Shown here one piece after another: positions 13,624 through 28,280 of a stretch of DNA of 64,000 bases. The notes under the pieces were generated by a model. That model searched no databases and was not told the DNA's origin. It saw only the letters and a program-made list of their open reading frames with translations. Numbering within the stretch: position 1 is the first letter of the stretch; the number at the start of each line of letters is the position of its first letter. Position numbers and translations under genes: made by a program. Source of the DNA: the human T2T-CHM13v2.0 reference genome, Homo sapiens; assembly GCF_009914755.1 (NCBI RefSeq), contig NC_060929.1; one strand, written 5' to 3'.

Positions 13624-14174
13624 ATATGCTTTTACAGCATATTTGAGTTTCAACTAATAAAAATGAAAAAGTAAACATATCATATAGTAACTTTATTAGT
13701 CTTGAGGGATATAATAAAATTTACAAATGTTCTATTACTTACCCCAAATGAGAAAACATTTTCATAAAAACCAATTAAAATGAAGTATCATTCCATGAAA
13801 ACATAAAATGTTCTTTCAATAATGCACCTCAACATGTACCTAGACATTTAACACATTAATTACATTTTTGATATTTATCTTAGTAAACAAAAATAGTTTT
13901 ATGATGATAAACAAGCTCAAAATTTGAAGATAACATGCTTCACCTAAGAGATCGACTTTTAAGAGTAAGAACGCTGGAAGAACTCTCATTAAAATCCCTG
14001 CGTTCTATTCTCTATGACTTCAGTTAGGACTCTAGAGAGATCCAGGGTAATTGTTGTGCAGCCTTGTTTTCTCTTTCTGGAGTGTTTGTGCTCTTCTTCT
14101 TTTCAAATATACACAAAAAAGAAGTATGTTAATATCTAAAGAAAACAGCAGTTCTGACCAATAAATATATAAAG

Positions 14175-14491
14175 TTTATTTTATTTATTTATTTATTTAT
14201 TTATTTATTTGAGATGGAGTCTCACTCTGTCATCCAGGCTGGAGTGCAGTGGCGCCATCTCAGCTCCACTGCAAGCTCCGCCTCCCGGGCTCACGCCATT
14301 CTCCTGCCTCAGCCTCCCGAGTAGCTGGGACTACAGGCGCCCGCCACCAAGCCCGACTAATTTTTTGTGTTTTTAGTAGAGACAGGGTTTCACCGTGTTA
14401 GCCAGGATGGTCTCGATCCCCTGACCTCGTGATGCGCCCACCTCAGCCTCCCAAAGTGCTGGGATTATGGCATGAGCCACCGCGCCCGGCC
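14175..14491 (-). mobile_element. AluY with a (TTTA)n tail
   Basis: Y diagnostics gcaagctccgcc, cacgccattctcc, gttagccaggatggtctcgatc; TSD atataaagttt. Confidence 0.92.
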
Positions 14492-14554
14492 ATATAAAGT
14501 TTCTAAAGGCTCTTTTCCTGACTTTCCTCTCCACCATACATTTACTGTACATAT

Positions 14555-14732
14555 TTATTTGTTTTTATTTATTTATTTATTTTTGAGACAGAGTCTCACT
14601 CTGTCACCCAGGCTGAAGTGCGGTGGTGTGATCATGGCTCACTGCAGCCTCCAACTCCCAGGCTCAAGGGATCCTCTCATCTCAGCCTCTCAAGTAGCTT
14701 CAACTACAGGTGCATGCCACCATGACGAGCTA
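14555..14732 (-). mobile_element. Alu monomer (FRAM/AluJ right arm)
   Basis: gagacagagtctcactctgtcacccagg...ggctcaagggatcctc; single arm only. Confidence 0.8.
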
Positions 14733-15902
14733 GAAATGACTGGAATGCAGTGAAATAGTTCTTGCTCTGGTGCACCAAACTTCCATCCTTCATGTTGCTA
14801 AGTACAACTGAGCATTTTGGTGCTCAATTTATTGAACTTGTAAGCATCTTTTGACTTTGTTGACAAGATTTACTACACAGCATAATGCTCCTTGATACCC
14901 TCTTTTCCCTCAACGTTTGTGACATTATACTTTACTTTCTTCCTACTCTCACTTCTTCACTGTCCTCTGCTATCTCATCCTTATTTAGCGATCACATTGT
15001 AGTTTCTCACTGTGTAATCCCAGTCCATTATCTCTCTACATATATTCTCTTGCTGGGCAACTTGAATGAAGTGGACTTCCAGTGTCCTCTAGCTCAGGGT
15101 AGTTCAGGATCTACATTCAGCAACATATAAGAAGTTATATTTGAGGCCATTCTAACTCATGCAGGTATCTACATTATCAAAGATCATTTTTCTGAGTCCA
15201 TTGAAAGTACCTAGATATTATTCACTTTTCCTCAGGTCTGTTATAAGTATGCTACTCTAACACGTACTGTGTCGAAGGGAGACAAGGGCAGACTTTTCCT
15301 AACTGGTTTCCCTACATGCCCTCTTGTCACCAGGAGTTCTATTCTCCATTTCATTCACAGTCATCTTTTGCAAATTGAAGATTTTATAATGGGACTCTCT
15401 AGCTTTAAACCTTTCTTTACACTCCTAAAACAAAACTCACCAGCTTTGCCATCTCCCACAAGTCTCTGGATGCTCTCACCCTTTCCTACAAATCCCTTCT
15501 CCTTTCCAAGCTCATTACACTTTAATATCCACTCCATCTATACAAGTTATTTGTCTTCAACCCCAGGAACAAAACAAGGAACATATTTTTTCAAGAATAC
15601 CTCTTTCTCAGAAAAACAGTCAATTATCTTTTCATGTATGTCAGTACCATAAAAGGAATAAAAAACAGGCTGCTAAGAGAAAGAAAAAAGACTTTGGACA
15701 CAGGTCCCCACTTGATGAAGCAGAAAGATTCCTTACATCCATCTTTCTTGTTATTACAATACAGATTTGCTATCTTGTTTCAAAGAGCATTCTAAAGAGT
15801 TTATAGTTATAGAAGCTCTTCATGCGGCTGTGAAAAGATTTAGATTATTACAACAGATAATGTAAAATTAGAGAAAGTGTGTTTTTTAATAAACTGTAAT
15901 GA

Positions 15903-16231
<329 letters not shown>

Positions 16232-16419
16232 AAAAATTATTGTTTTTAAGGGAATATAATTAAATTCAATAAAATTTAATATCCCTCTAAGACCAAAAAA
16301 TATTTAGTCAGTATGTTAATAACTAGCTAACATTAATGATTAACTAATTATTGTGAACTAGTAGAAGTTTCTACAAGTTATCTATTTTTTATTTGGTTTT
16401 CAGATTCGTTTTGTTTTAT

Positions 16420-16670
16420 GGTTTATTCATTTATATATTTAAGGTGTGCAACATGATGATGTTTTCCCAATAATAGTTTTCACTATTATTACACAGTGAA
16501 ATGCCTAGTGTAGTCAAGCAAATTAATGTTTCTGTCATCTCACGTAGTTACACTCTTTTTTCACGTGAAGGGGAAAAAGCACCTGAAGTTTACTGTCTTT
16601 GCAAATTTCCAATACAACACAATATTGTTATTAATTAAAGTCCTTTTGTTGTATATTTGATCTCTCATTT
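16420..16670 (-). mobile_element. Old L1 (L1MA-like) 3' end fragment
   Basis: tttaaggtgtgcaacatgatg...agtcaagcaaattaatg...catctcacgtagttac resembles L1MA 3' UTRs. Confidence 0.55.
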
Positions 16671-16688
16671 TTTGTACATTTACTCACC

Positions 16689-16790
16689 CTAAGGCCATAT
16701 GACCCTCACCCTCATGCTGAATGAATGGGTGACCTCCTCTGATCTCAGAAGCTAAGCGGGCTGGGGTCTTGGTCAGATTCATTTAGAATG
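16689..16790 (+). pseudogene. Degenerate 5S rRNA pseudogene
   Basis: ctaaggccatatgaccct resembles 5S CTACGGCCATACCACCCT; ctctgatctcagaagctaagcgggctggggtcttggtcag resembles GTCTGATCTCGGAAGCTAAGCAGGGTCGGGCCTGGTTAG. Confidence 0.8.
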
Positions 16791-17116
16791 ATGCCGCTTA
16801 GATTCTTGCCAAAAATTTTTAAAAGCTCTTTCACGGTGGGATTCTGAATATTTTAATATTAATTCTTTCCAAAATATACACTTTCAAAAGCTATTTCTTT
16901 CCGATTTTATCCTTCTTCTGTTATTTCAGTTCTTCCAACATATTTGAATCTAACTATTTTGAGATTAATGACAGTATTGAGAAAATTAATTCATAGGAAA
17001 TTGGAGCAGCTGTTTCCTTACCCACATTATGGATGCCTAATCCTTAAGATTTGTCAAAATGATTCCCTCTCATTCAGAATTGCCATCATGCAAACTTAGG
17101 GTTTAGAATGACTTAC

Positions 17117-17368
17117 CCAGGAGAATGAGAACACAGAGAAGAATAGCGATTAAGGCTCCTGTACTCAAACCAGCCGAGGACAGGAAGGCTTCTGCATGGC
17201 AGGTCCGCACACGCCCATCTCTCTCGCATGCACAAACCCTGATGGTGAGGGTGCTGCTGCTGCTGAGAGAGGGGATTCCACCATCAGAGATCATAATGGG
17301 CAGATAATACACATCCTGAACAGTTCGACTAAATCTCCTCCGCCTTGTCAGAATGCTGGCTGTGTTAT
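17117..17368 (-). CDS. CDH18: Cadherin-18 penultimate exon, 252 nt (end of EC5 and most of the transmembrane helix)
   Basis: tcatag|ATAACA...CTCCTGG|gtaagt. Translates as (D)[14 protein letters not shown]...[22 protein letters not shown]...[18 protein letters not shown], typical of type II cadherins. Lies within ORF 17103..17399. Confidence 0.97.
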
Positions 17369-17754
17369 CTATGATAGACATAAGCAAAACAAAATACACT
17401 TAGTCAAGCCGCCATTCAAGATTCACATTTCCTTTAATGGATAAAATGGGGATGTGTATCTTTCTTGTTTCAGTTTATGAAATGGACAAGGGAACACGAA
17501 GGGGCAATTATTAAAGAGAAGCTAATATTGGTTCTCCAACTGAGAAACCTATTTAGAAAAATTAATACAGCCACACTAAAGATGAAAGAAAATAGTGGGA
17601 AGACAAAGCAGGAGGAAGCAATGAACATTTTGGACATGGACCTAATAGCTATAAGATTTAAAGGGATGCGGACGGCCTGAAGTCATACACTTAGGGTCCT
17701 ATACTTTGAAGTGAGCCAATGAGATTTTCTCCAAACCTAGAGGCTCTGAATATA

Positions 17755-17835
17755 GGTAATAGGAGCACAAATCTGTATTTTTAGCAAACTACTGAGGTGA
17801 AGTTGATGCATAAAACAGGTATAAGAATAACTGGT
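17755..17835. mobile_element. MER5-like hAT-Charlie fragment
   Basis: aatctgtatttttagcaaact...gttgatgcat...taagaataactgg resembles the MER5 terminus. Confidence 0.45.
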
Positions 17836-18329
17836 TTAGATAATATTTCTATGGAGACAGTAGATCAAGCAACAAACTTTTTAGACTTAGCTGTGATTTG
17901 AAGCTGTATTGTTTGACCATGGGGAAGTTAATGATGAATAAAATAGCTAATCATATTTTTAAAAATGTGTTTATTAAATGCAATGTACTATAATAAATGC
18001 CTGCATGATATATTGTGTTCAATCTATAAAACTTTATGAGGGACAGGATGCTAAATTCTTTAATTCATAGCTGAAAATAATTTTTGTTATAAATACTAAT
18101 TTAAAAGTAAATAACCCTAGTCCCAGAGTGTTAGTTGCCCAAAATCACAAAGCTAGTAAATGATAAGGATAAAACCTCTATTCTAGAACCCTGCTCAACA
18201 CCACAATGTCACATTGCCTCATCTACAATTCACTGCCAAATGGTATTGATGTCCGCAGTGCGCATAATATATGTTTCATTGTACTGTTATTCCTCGTCCC
18301 TGAATGCATAGCTGAAAACCCACATGGTC

Positions 18330-18695
18330 CATACTTGGATGTACTGTTCAGATCCCTTCATAAAATTTCCTGTTGCCGTAGCTATAGATTGCCACCTGCC
18401 CCCAGGTCACACTTCTGGAATAGCATATAACTAACGACTCACTGCTGAAAGGTTACAAACGTTGGGCCATCCCCCTTCCTGCACTACTGACAATACTGAT
18501 GGACAACTTTAGCTCCAGAGCTTTTCCATAGGGTCAGCCATTAAGAGACATTAAGAGTGAATGTCAGCTCCATCTGTCACTCTACGCTGTCGTTCTTCCT
18601 TCTCCTGTGATCTACAGATGTTGATCCCAATGGCATACTCCACTAACACCTGCGCTCCAAATGCCAGTTCAACTCCAGGGAACTCAATAGGCAGC
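18330..18695 (+). mobile_element. Old ERVL LTR fragment (LTR16/LTR33-like)
   Basis: gatgttgatcccaa...ctccactaacacctgc...ccagggaactcaa resembles the 3' end of these LTRs. Confidence 0.45.
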
Positions 18696-19009
18696 TACAT
18701 CTATGAGTTAATTATTTTGCACTAAAAAGTAAGTGGGTCATTAGACAATTACAATTAGGGCCTCTTTTTCTCTTAACAATGTCTTTTATTCTGAAAATAG
18801 AAATTGTATTTTATGTAGGTATAACAGTCACAGTGCAATATCCTAAAATGATATTATTTATTGTACATTGCTAAATTAACATAATAAAAAAGCTAATTTT
18901 TAAAATATTCAATGTACTACATATAATAAAACACAAGAAAATATGCACATACATACATATATGATTGAGTTACTGAAAATCAGAAATAAATAATCTAATG
19001 AGAAATTGA

Positions 19010-19364
<355 letters not shown>

Positions 19365-20089
19365 AGCTGTCTATTTTTAAACATGTTATAGGATAGAGAA
19401 AGAAGTGGAGAAATGACATCATGTGTATTATATAATAATTTATCAGTCATGTTTACTCTCCCAGAAAACCTGACTTTTGTGGAAGCAGATCTATCAGCTG
19501 TAGGATGTTGCATCACAATGAACAGAAGTCTTTAGTCTATGGGAAATGTGTGAAATAAGTATTCACGGGCACAAACATGTTTGACAATCTTACAGCTGCT
19601 CCTCTGAAAAAGAGATGTGAGACACTGGTCCCTGAATCTCAGGAAACACGAATAATAACATGTGAAATGACAGAACATGCAGTGTAGATGGCGGCTCTTT
19701 CATGGCTCAGGCCTAGCATACGTCTCATATTAATAATCTTGAAGCATGCTATTTTCAGGAAAACTATTGGAAATGCAATCAGAAATAAGACAAATACCAG
19801 AATATGTTTCTAGTGCATTTTAAGTCCTGAAATAGAAATCTCTAAGACATAAGCACATAAAGATGTTCATTCCTGTTTTTCCCGTTAAAGTTTTGACTTT
19901 TGAAAAGAAAGGATGATTCAGGAGGCAAGAGCTTCCCACCTAGAAAGGCTTAGCACAGCAGAATAATGAACTCTTGACAAGGCATATTCTGTACCTCACC
20001 GGAACAGTACAAAATGTACTTGGCAGAAGGCTCACTGAACTTGAAAAATAAAATTTTGAACACTGAGGAAGAATATGAAAGGAAGAAGA

Positions 20090-20220
20090 AATATATATAT
20101 ATTATATAGATATGTATTATATAGAAATATATATATACACACATACATATATACACATACACACAAACACAACACACCATACACACCAATTCCCACATGT
20201 ACATATATATGTGTATATAT
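20090..20220. repeat. (TA)/(CA)-rich low-complexity tract
   Basis: Direct reading. Confidence 0.8.
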
Positions 20221-20306
20221 CAGACACAATAAAATACGTCTTGCTGAAATTGCAAAATTAGGCGACAAGACCCATAACAAATCTCTAATGCGATATACAA
20301 TGGTTA

Positions 20307-20626
<320 letters not shown>

Positions 20627-23009
20627 AGATATTATAGAAAGTCTCAAATGGCATCCAAATGAATAAGAAAAATTAATATAGGCTGAATAAAGAGAAAACA
20701 TAGCATGATAGAACATCTGTGGATGAGAAGTACTAATTGTCAATGTCAATCTCTAATAATGTGCACCATAGCTGGGTTCTTAATTCTAACTCTCTATAGC
20801 TTGGATGAAGACAGCAGATTATAGAACACTTGGAAGCCAAGCTAGTAAAGCTAATGTATTAGATTAAGATTCGAGGAGATTTTGTATAGCCAGAACAAAG
20901 AAATTTAACAATAAGACAGGAAATAAAGATGCATATTAGAGGCTAGACTTTGGAAAGTATCACATAGGGAGGATCTTGAATAGCAGCTTTATTTTAAAAT
21001 ATAGATAGATGATTGAAAGGTAGGTAAATAGGTACATAGGTAAATGATAGATAGATTAGCTAGACAAATATAGACATATAGCCATAAGTCTACAGAGCTG
21101 TCAAACAAGCTAAACAATCTGAGAGCATTCAATAAAGATAAGAAATTTCTGCTTCTCTTTATTGAAAGGATGGCTGCACTGGAGTACTGGGCATAGTTTT
21201 GGGTTCACTGCATTAAAAGTAAAATTTTAAACCAATAATATGTGTTTAGAAGACTTTGGGACCTTAAAAAATAGTTTGGAAAATATTTCACATGAAGAAT
21301 TAACAGAATGTTTACATGTCATATATGAATTTTGTTGACAAAAGGGCCCCTGAAAATGTCCAGAAAATTTTGGAAAACTTTTTATGTTTTTCATTATAAC
21401 CAATATGTTCCTAGTATTTCCATAAACCATACCCTTAGTTTAATGCAGAAATAGTGTTGCATGTATTTTAATATTTAAAAATAGATGACAATGCATTATT
21501 TATTTTGTTATGTGATCCCATTTCTTGTTCAAAAAGAATATGGACACAAATAGGATGAAGCAGGGAGGTTTTCACATGCATATATAATATCAGGCTTATG
21601 CCTACACTCTAATAATACCCTGTGATAACTGTGAAATAATTGAAATTTCATTTATTTGAAAAGCAATCATAATAATAAATATAATTTCTCCATCTTTCTA
21701 GCAATAAATATTCCAAAGATGTTTACAATTGGTAATAATGTTGTGGGGCTATTTCACAAAAATATTTGTCATAAAATATATTGTTAGGTAGTTATGCATT
21801 CAACTTCTGTATTTCTACAGGCCACAGAATACATTAGTAGAATACAAGTCACATGCTTCTGGAGATCAGATGTAGTTTTCTTGAGCTACTATTATATGTC
21901 TCATTTTTTTGTTCAATAGTTTGAAAGACCTTGCAGGATAGACTTTAATTTATGTGCCACTGTAGCAAACTATAATACAGTTCAATTTAAAATAAGGCAT
22001 GTCTTTAAAATAGGTTTTGGGGCAAAAATAAATCCTATTTTTTAGTCCAAAATTACCTTATAGCTTAGAAAATATTAAAAAGTATGTGTTTTTTGAAACT
22101 GAAATTATCAGACACCTACTCTCAGTTATATCAGCAAATTTCTTTTCTGATAATGCAGGCAAAGATATATTTTATTTCAAGCATAGCCTGCCAGACCATT
22201 AAAGTAATATTTCCAAATCTATCAGAACAGCAGAAACATTTGAAATCCTCAGATGTGGATCTCTAATTAGACCAAAAAATTTTTTAATGTGTATGAAGAG
22301 AAAGCTAGGAAATACGGCTCAACTTCCACCAGACAAATCAATAGGCATGGTTTCATATTGTCTCTGAGTTTTTTTCAGTCTTGCGGCAGAAATAGAATCT
22401 ATTCATAATTTAACCATTATCAGAGTGCATGCATCAAACAATGGTGTTTTGCATTCCCTCAAAGCTCCCTTTCCATAATCGGTACTTGATTAATAATGAT
22501 TTGAACTACACTCAGCAGGAACTTGTCTTCTGTTACAATTTTATTATATTGACATGGAGGAAGAAATTGAAAGCAAAATGAACTAATATATCTTGTAACA
22601 CTTCAGCAGCATGTTCTCTTTATGCTCTTTAACGAAGGTTTATTTCTTCGTATTCTCTGACTTCCCTTTCTTTGAATCTTACAGTGGCTTAATCTCCATT
22701 TTCGGACTCTGGATTCTGCTTGTTCATCTCAGTTTGCAAACATCCTTGTGGCCTTACTTGTCTTTCTGCCAAACTACAAATGCATGATCCAATATGTCAT
22801 TATGTTCTGATCTGCACCCTGGAATGTCATCCCTTTGACCATCTGCCACACTCCTTCCTACTTGATAATCTTAAAATCCTGGATAAATACAGTGTCCATT
22901 GTCTATTTCTGCTTTGGATTCACAAATAATGCTGATACAAATTATAACCATCTTAACTGATTCCACCTAGTATATAGAAAAATTTAAAATAAATGTACTT
23001 ATTTTATAA

Positions 23010-23356
<347 letters not shown>

Positions 23357-24198
23357 AATATTTGTTCTTTTATCAGATGCTACACAGTAGCTCTTCTAAG
23401 TTTCTTTTGTCCTTTTTCTTCTGAGCTGTTTTTCCACTCTCGTCACGAAAACATCTTTTTCTGCAAAGAAGCTGCCATCTATTACCAAGATTTTTAAAAA
23501 AAAGTATTTTAAATTGTTCAATCTTTCTTTGCCATTACATCTGTATATTCAAGACTGTATTTCGGGCTTTACAAAATAAGCACAAATACACATGAAACAA
23601 CTATGTGATTCTTGAAGAATATCAGGAAATGTGCTTATGAATAACACACAAATTTGTTGAAGTGTTAATTTAAAGAGGAGGGAAATGAAGAAAAAGTGAG
23701 CTTTTAAAATAAAGTCCAAGCCAAAATGTAAAATAATTCATAAACATACAACTATAATAACTGCAGAAGTAGAGATAAGAACAGCTGTTTTTTTAAAACA
23801 AATATAGGAGTCTGAACTCCAAGAGAAAACTTCTACCCGTTATTTATCACAAACCTTTTATAAACAGTATTTTTTTAGTAGAGAATGAATGAGTTAAAAC
23901 AGAAAAAAAAACTATGTTTGGAGTCACTAGATTTATAAACACTAAAAAAAAATTGTAAGCATAAATCCTTAGAGAGTTTTAACAAGTGAATGTATAATTC
24001 TATTTTTAAAATAGTTTTTCTTCACCTGCATTAATGTACATGGTGGAGCAGGTGACTCCTGTAGCACCATGTGGTTCTTAGTAAGGAAAGAATTAAAGCA
24101 GAAGAATGGAACCTACTTTTTCACAAAAGGAAAGCAAGTGACATGCAATGATAAAATTAGTTTTTTTTATATATGATATATCACATATATAAAAATCT

Positions 24199-24517
<319 letters not shown>

Positions 24518-26999
24518 AAAATTAGCAATGTTTTTGTTTTGTTTTTCTACTTCTATTTTTTTGCTTAGTGAATATGAGTCAGTTTTCTTTCATTTGTGAG
24601 TAGGAGTAAAAAGGTGAGAGGTGGTGTGGGCTGGCAAATCCATAAGGGGAAAAATAATTTTATATATAGGTAAAACAACAATCAATGTTTCTATGTTTTA
24701 CATATATATATAAAACAACAATTAATAGAGTTTGAAATAACCAGAGAGAGAACAAAAGCATATCTTTCTACCTAAAGCAATAGAGCCACTAAAATGGATC
24801 ACTACAGTTAATCCACAATCTTTTACATTTTAGGGTCAAGATTGTATACATGCTCTTTAATTTCTCACTAGTCAAGCTTGAGTGTCTGCATTCAGGTAAA
24901 GGATGGTGTAATTCTCTCAAGGTGCATCTGGATAAATGTTAGTATTTGACTGATAGGAGAAAGGAGAGCCACTGTAGAATAAAATCCATGTGTTCCAACC
25001 TCGTCCCTGACCTTAGATAACTGACTCAGCAGGACACAGTTACAGCCACATCCATTAGAGGATATATGAGGCTTGATTTGCAACTTAGGGTGGATTATAT
25101 GTGTGTTATTTTGTTTAGGAATGTGAGGAATCACTAAATGGTCTCTTGAAACCCTGTGGATAAAAACAAAATTTTAAATGGTTATACTCTGTAGAGAAAT
25201 TAAGCATATTACAACACCAGCTGTGAGTTCTTGTTTGAAGGACAAAAATAAACTACGGGAATGTTGACTGCTACAAATCTGGCAATGCCAAAGAAATACA
25301 AGATAAACATTTAAAAATTCCCTTGATTTCCAATGTGTATCAAACTACATACCTGCATTTCCCTACCAATGGAGTGTGAAATTTGAAAAGACTCCAAAAG
25401 ACTTCTTTCTAACAGTTACATAGTCAACACTGAAAATATCCCTTATTGTAACTTCTATGCAATATCAGCTTAAAGTTATATCTTCTTTCGCCAACCCCAA
25501 ATAGCCACAAGAAAAAAAGTTTTCCTGTTTCCTTTTAAGTGTTTTGTTAAAAATTATAAAGCAACTTATAAATGTTATGATCATTTTTAGGAGAATGAAT
25601 GCTGCAAAAAAAAACAAGTAATAAAGCCAAAGAAAACAGTAAATCTTCAGAATGCCACCAACAAAGTAATAATGACACTCCAAGAAATCTTGTTTCATAG
25701 GATTAAAAAAATTAATTTCCAGTGCATTTTTTCTTGTCTTAGAAATAATGTGTTATGTTGACTCATTTATTTTTAAAGAATTCAAGTATCTATGAGAATG
25801 GAAAACACATACAAAAAAAGAGAACATAATAAAAACCGATGTGAGTAGTAGATATTCCTGATAGCAAATCATCAAAAAAAAATAAGCATTTTCAAATGTA
25901 AAAGACAAATTAAATGTGATTTAGAACCCTGTAAACAGAGATAGAAATGCACACACAATTACTAATAATCTTTTGCCCTAATAAAATCTGTAAGATTTAC
26001 AAATGTACCTTACAGTTAGAATTAAGCCGGAGAATTAGGTTGGCAAATCTCTTTACATCAAATAAAGCACATTCCCTCAAGAAACAGCAGGAAGATCTTG
26101 AAACAGAATGGATTTATCTTTGTAGACTAATGATTTCATATTGGGGGATTAGGTTGCACTTGCATATTACAAATGAATGAACATGGTTATTATATTCCTG
26201 GAAGTCTGGCTCAAGCCTATATTCATAAATTTAGTAATAATATGGCCATAGTTTATTCACTATAGATGTGAAGTTAAGCAGTTAAAATTATACAATGAAA
26301 TTATTTGATGTTAAAATTAAAAGTTGACATCACAACTTAAAGTAAGAAAAAAACTACATTTTAATCAGAAAACATTTCATACTTTTTTGTTGTTTTAGAA
26401 AATACAACTTTAAATGCTCTAACTTAAAAATCATCTTTGAACTCTGGTTTTTAAATTTTAAATAAAGTTATGTTATTACCAACATATTAATTAACGATAA
26501 AAATAAGGTCAATATTAAGCAAAATTATGTATTTTACAATATATATTATAAAAGAAAAACCCTTCACTTGGTTATTCTCTGAATCAATGTTAAATATTTA
26601 ATAAATTGGGAGAAATAACTTTCCAGATAAATACGGAGGATTTCTTGGCACAATTTTTTCTAGCCACCACAATTTGGTACTAAAGCAACTAAAGAATGAA
26701 TGTCAGAGTATCTTATACTGGAGTACAGAATAAGGCACAGTGCTTAGTCATTAGTATGTTCTCATGAGTGAATTAAAATGCCATTGAGTCTCTTCTTTGC
26801 TACATTTCCCTCTCTAGATTTTTCCAACCAAGTAATTGACGCTGCATTCTGTCATCTCTATGTTGTTTAAATCTACTACTTACTGAAAAGTAATCTCTGA
26901 GTCACTCTCCCTGGTGGAACAGCCTCTATCCTTAAAGTCAAACCATGTTCTACCACTTTTAACAATACAATTTGTAGTGATCTCTCTAAAGTAGCTCAC

Positions 27000-27160
27000 A
27001 TTTCACCTCCATCAACTGCAAATTACATAATTACATTTCATATCATCCTCATTTCCCCAACTAGACAGCAAGCCCCTTGAAAGCAGGACCTGTGTCTTTG
27101 AATTCCTTGAATCAGAACAGTTTAAATAACTGCTGTATACCCAGCAGACAGTACATAACA
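27000..27160 (+). mobile_element. L2 3'-end fragment
   Basis: ccccaactagacagcaagccccttgaaagcaggacctgtgtct resembles the L2 3' end. Confidence 0.5.
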
Positions 27161-27340
27161 CTGGAAAAATTAACTAGCAGAAGAAAAACAATGTTAAGAA
27201 CTGTCTACAGAATTTCTCTTAAGAAGAAAGGCGTTCTTTCCAAGGAACATAAGGAAGGGTGATGATAAATAATAATTTGATGTGAGGCTAGAGTGGTACA
27301 TGCTGGACAGATAGCTTAAAATGTCAGCCCGAGGGAATTG

Positions 27341-27342
<2 letters not shown>

Positions 27343-27374
<32 letters not shown>
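27343..27374. repeat. (GT)n microsatellite
   Basis: Direct reading. Confidence 0.95.
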
Positions 27375-27377
<3 letters not shown>

Positions 27378-28139
27378 GCGTTTGTCTTCATTTTGAATTA
27401 GGTCCAATAAGTGAATATATTCATATTGACAATATGCAAAGTGTATTTAATAGACATTTCATAAGAAATCCTATATTTTCAATCAATTTATCATTGTTTT
27501 TATATGTGATTATATTCAACACTTCATTGTTTCTGGTAAATGTTTAATCACATTAGTTTAGAGAAAGTTTATTTTACACTTCACCTTTGAAAAATGTTTA
27601 TTCTTATTTCATCTTATTGTCATTTGGCAATAATAGCTCCAACAGTTACATAGTCAATATTGAAAAATCCCTTATTGTAACTTTTTGCCAAATGAATTTT
27701 ATTATAAATAATACAGTTGTTGTTTTCTGTAACATTCAGTATTTTGAAATACCATTGCTTACTTGTCTCATGAGTGTTATCTTAGAAAAGGATTCTTTTA
27801 TTGTAGTTCTTTCTTTCAAATATCACTAAAAGAAGATCAACTGGCTGTTCACTTCTAATTTTACAAATGAGTATTTTGACACTATCTACTACTTTTACAA
27901 TTTAAATTCACTGTGTGGAAATTTGTAACATTATTTCATCATCTGTCAAGTTAGAAGATTTCCACTCTTAAATCTATATTTTTCTTCACTCAGGATAATT
28001 TCTTTAGTTATTCCATTATTGTTTTTCCATCGATTTATTTATGTTTTAGTTATCTTCAATGTGCCTATTATGACTCATTACATTGCATGTGTGTTTTCAA
28101 ATTCTTTATTGTTTCATCTCTATGTACACTGATAAAATA

Positions 28140-28280
28140 ATAATTGCCTATATGTCTCCATTTTACAAAAGAGAAAACAGAGATCCCGTAAACATAAGGA
28201 AGTGGCCATAGTTTCACCTATAATTACTAGAGAAGCCAGGCTTCAAACAGCAGCAAGCTGTTTCTAGAGTCTAACTCCGA
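28140..28280 (-). mobile_element. MIR fragment
   Basis: ctccattttacaaaagagaaaacagag...agaagccaggcttcaaac...tctagagtc. Confidence 0.55.

Noticed and set aside
17125-17444. Plus-strand ORFs overlapping the TM exon
   Set aside because: Antisense shadows of coding sequence with no independent support.
21110-21225. Possible CR1/L3 fragment; also L2-like traces at about 14880-15600, 32300-32910 and 60300-60380
   Set aside because: Similarity is too weak to call or delimit by eye.
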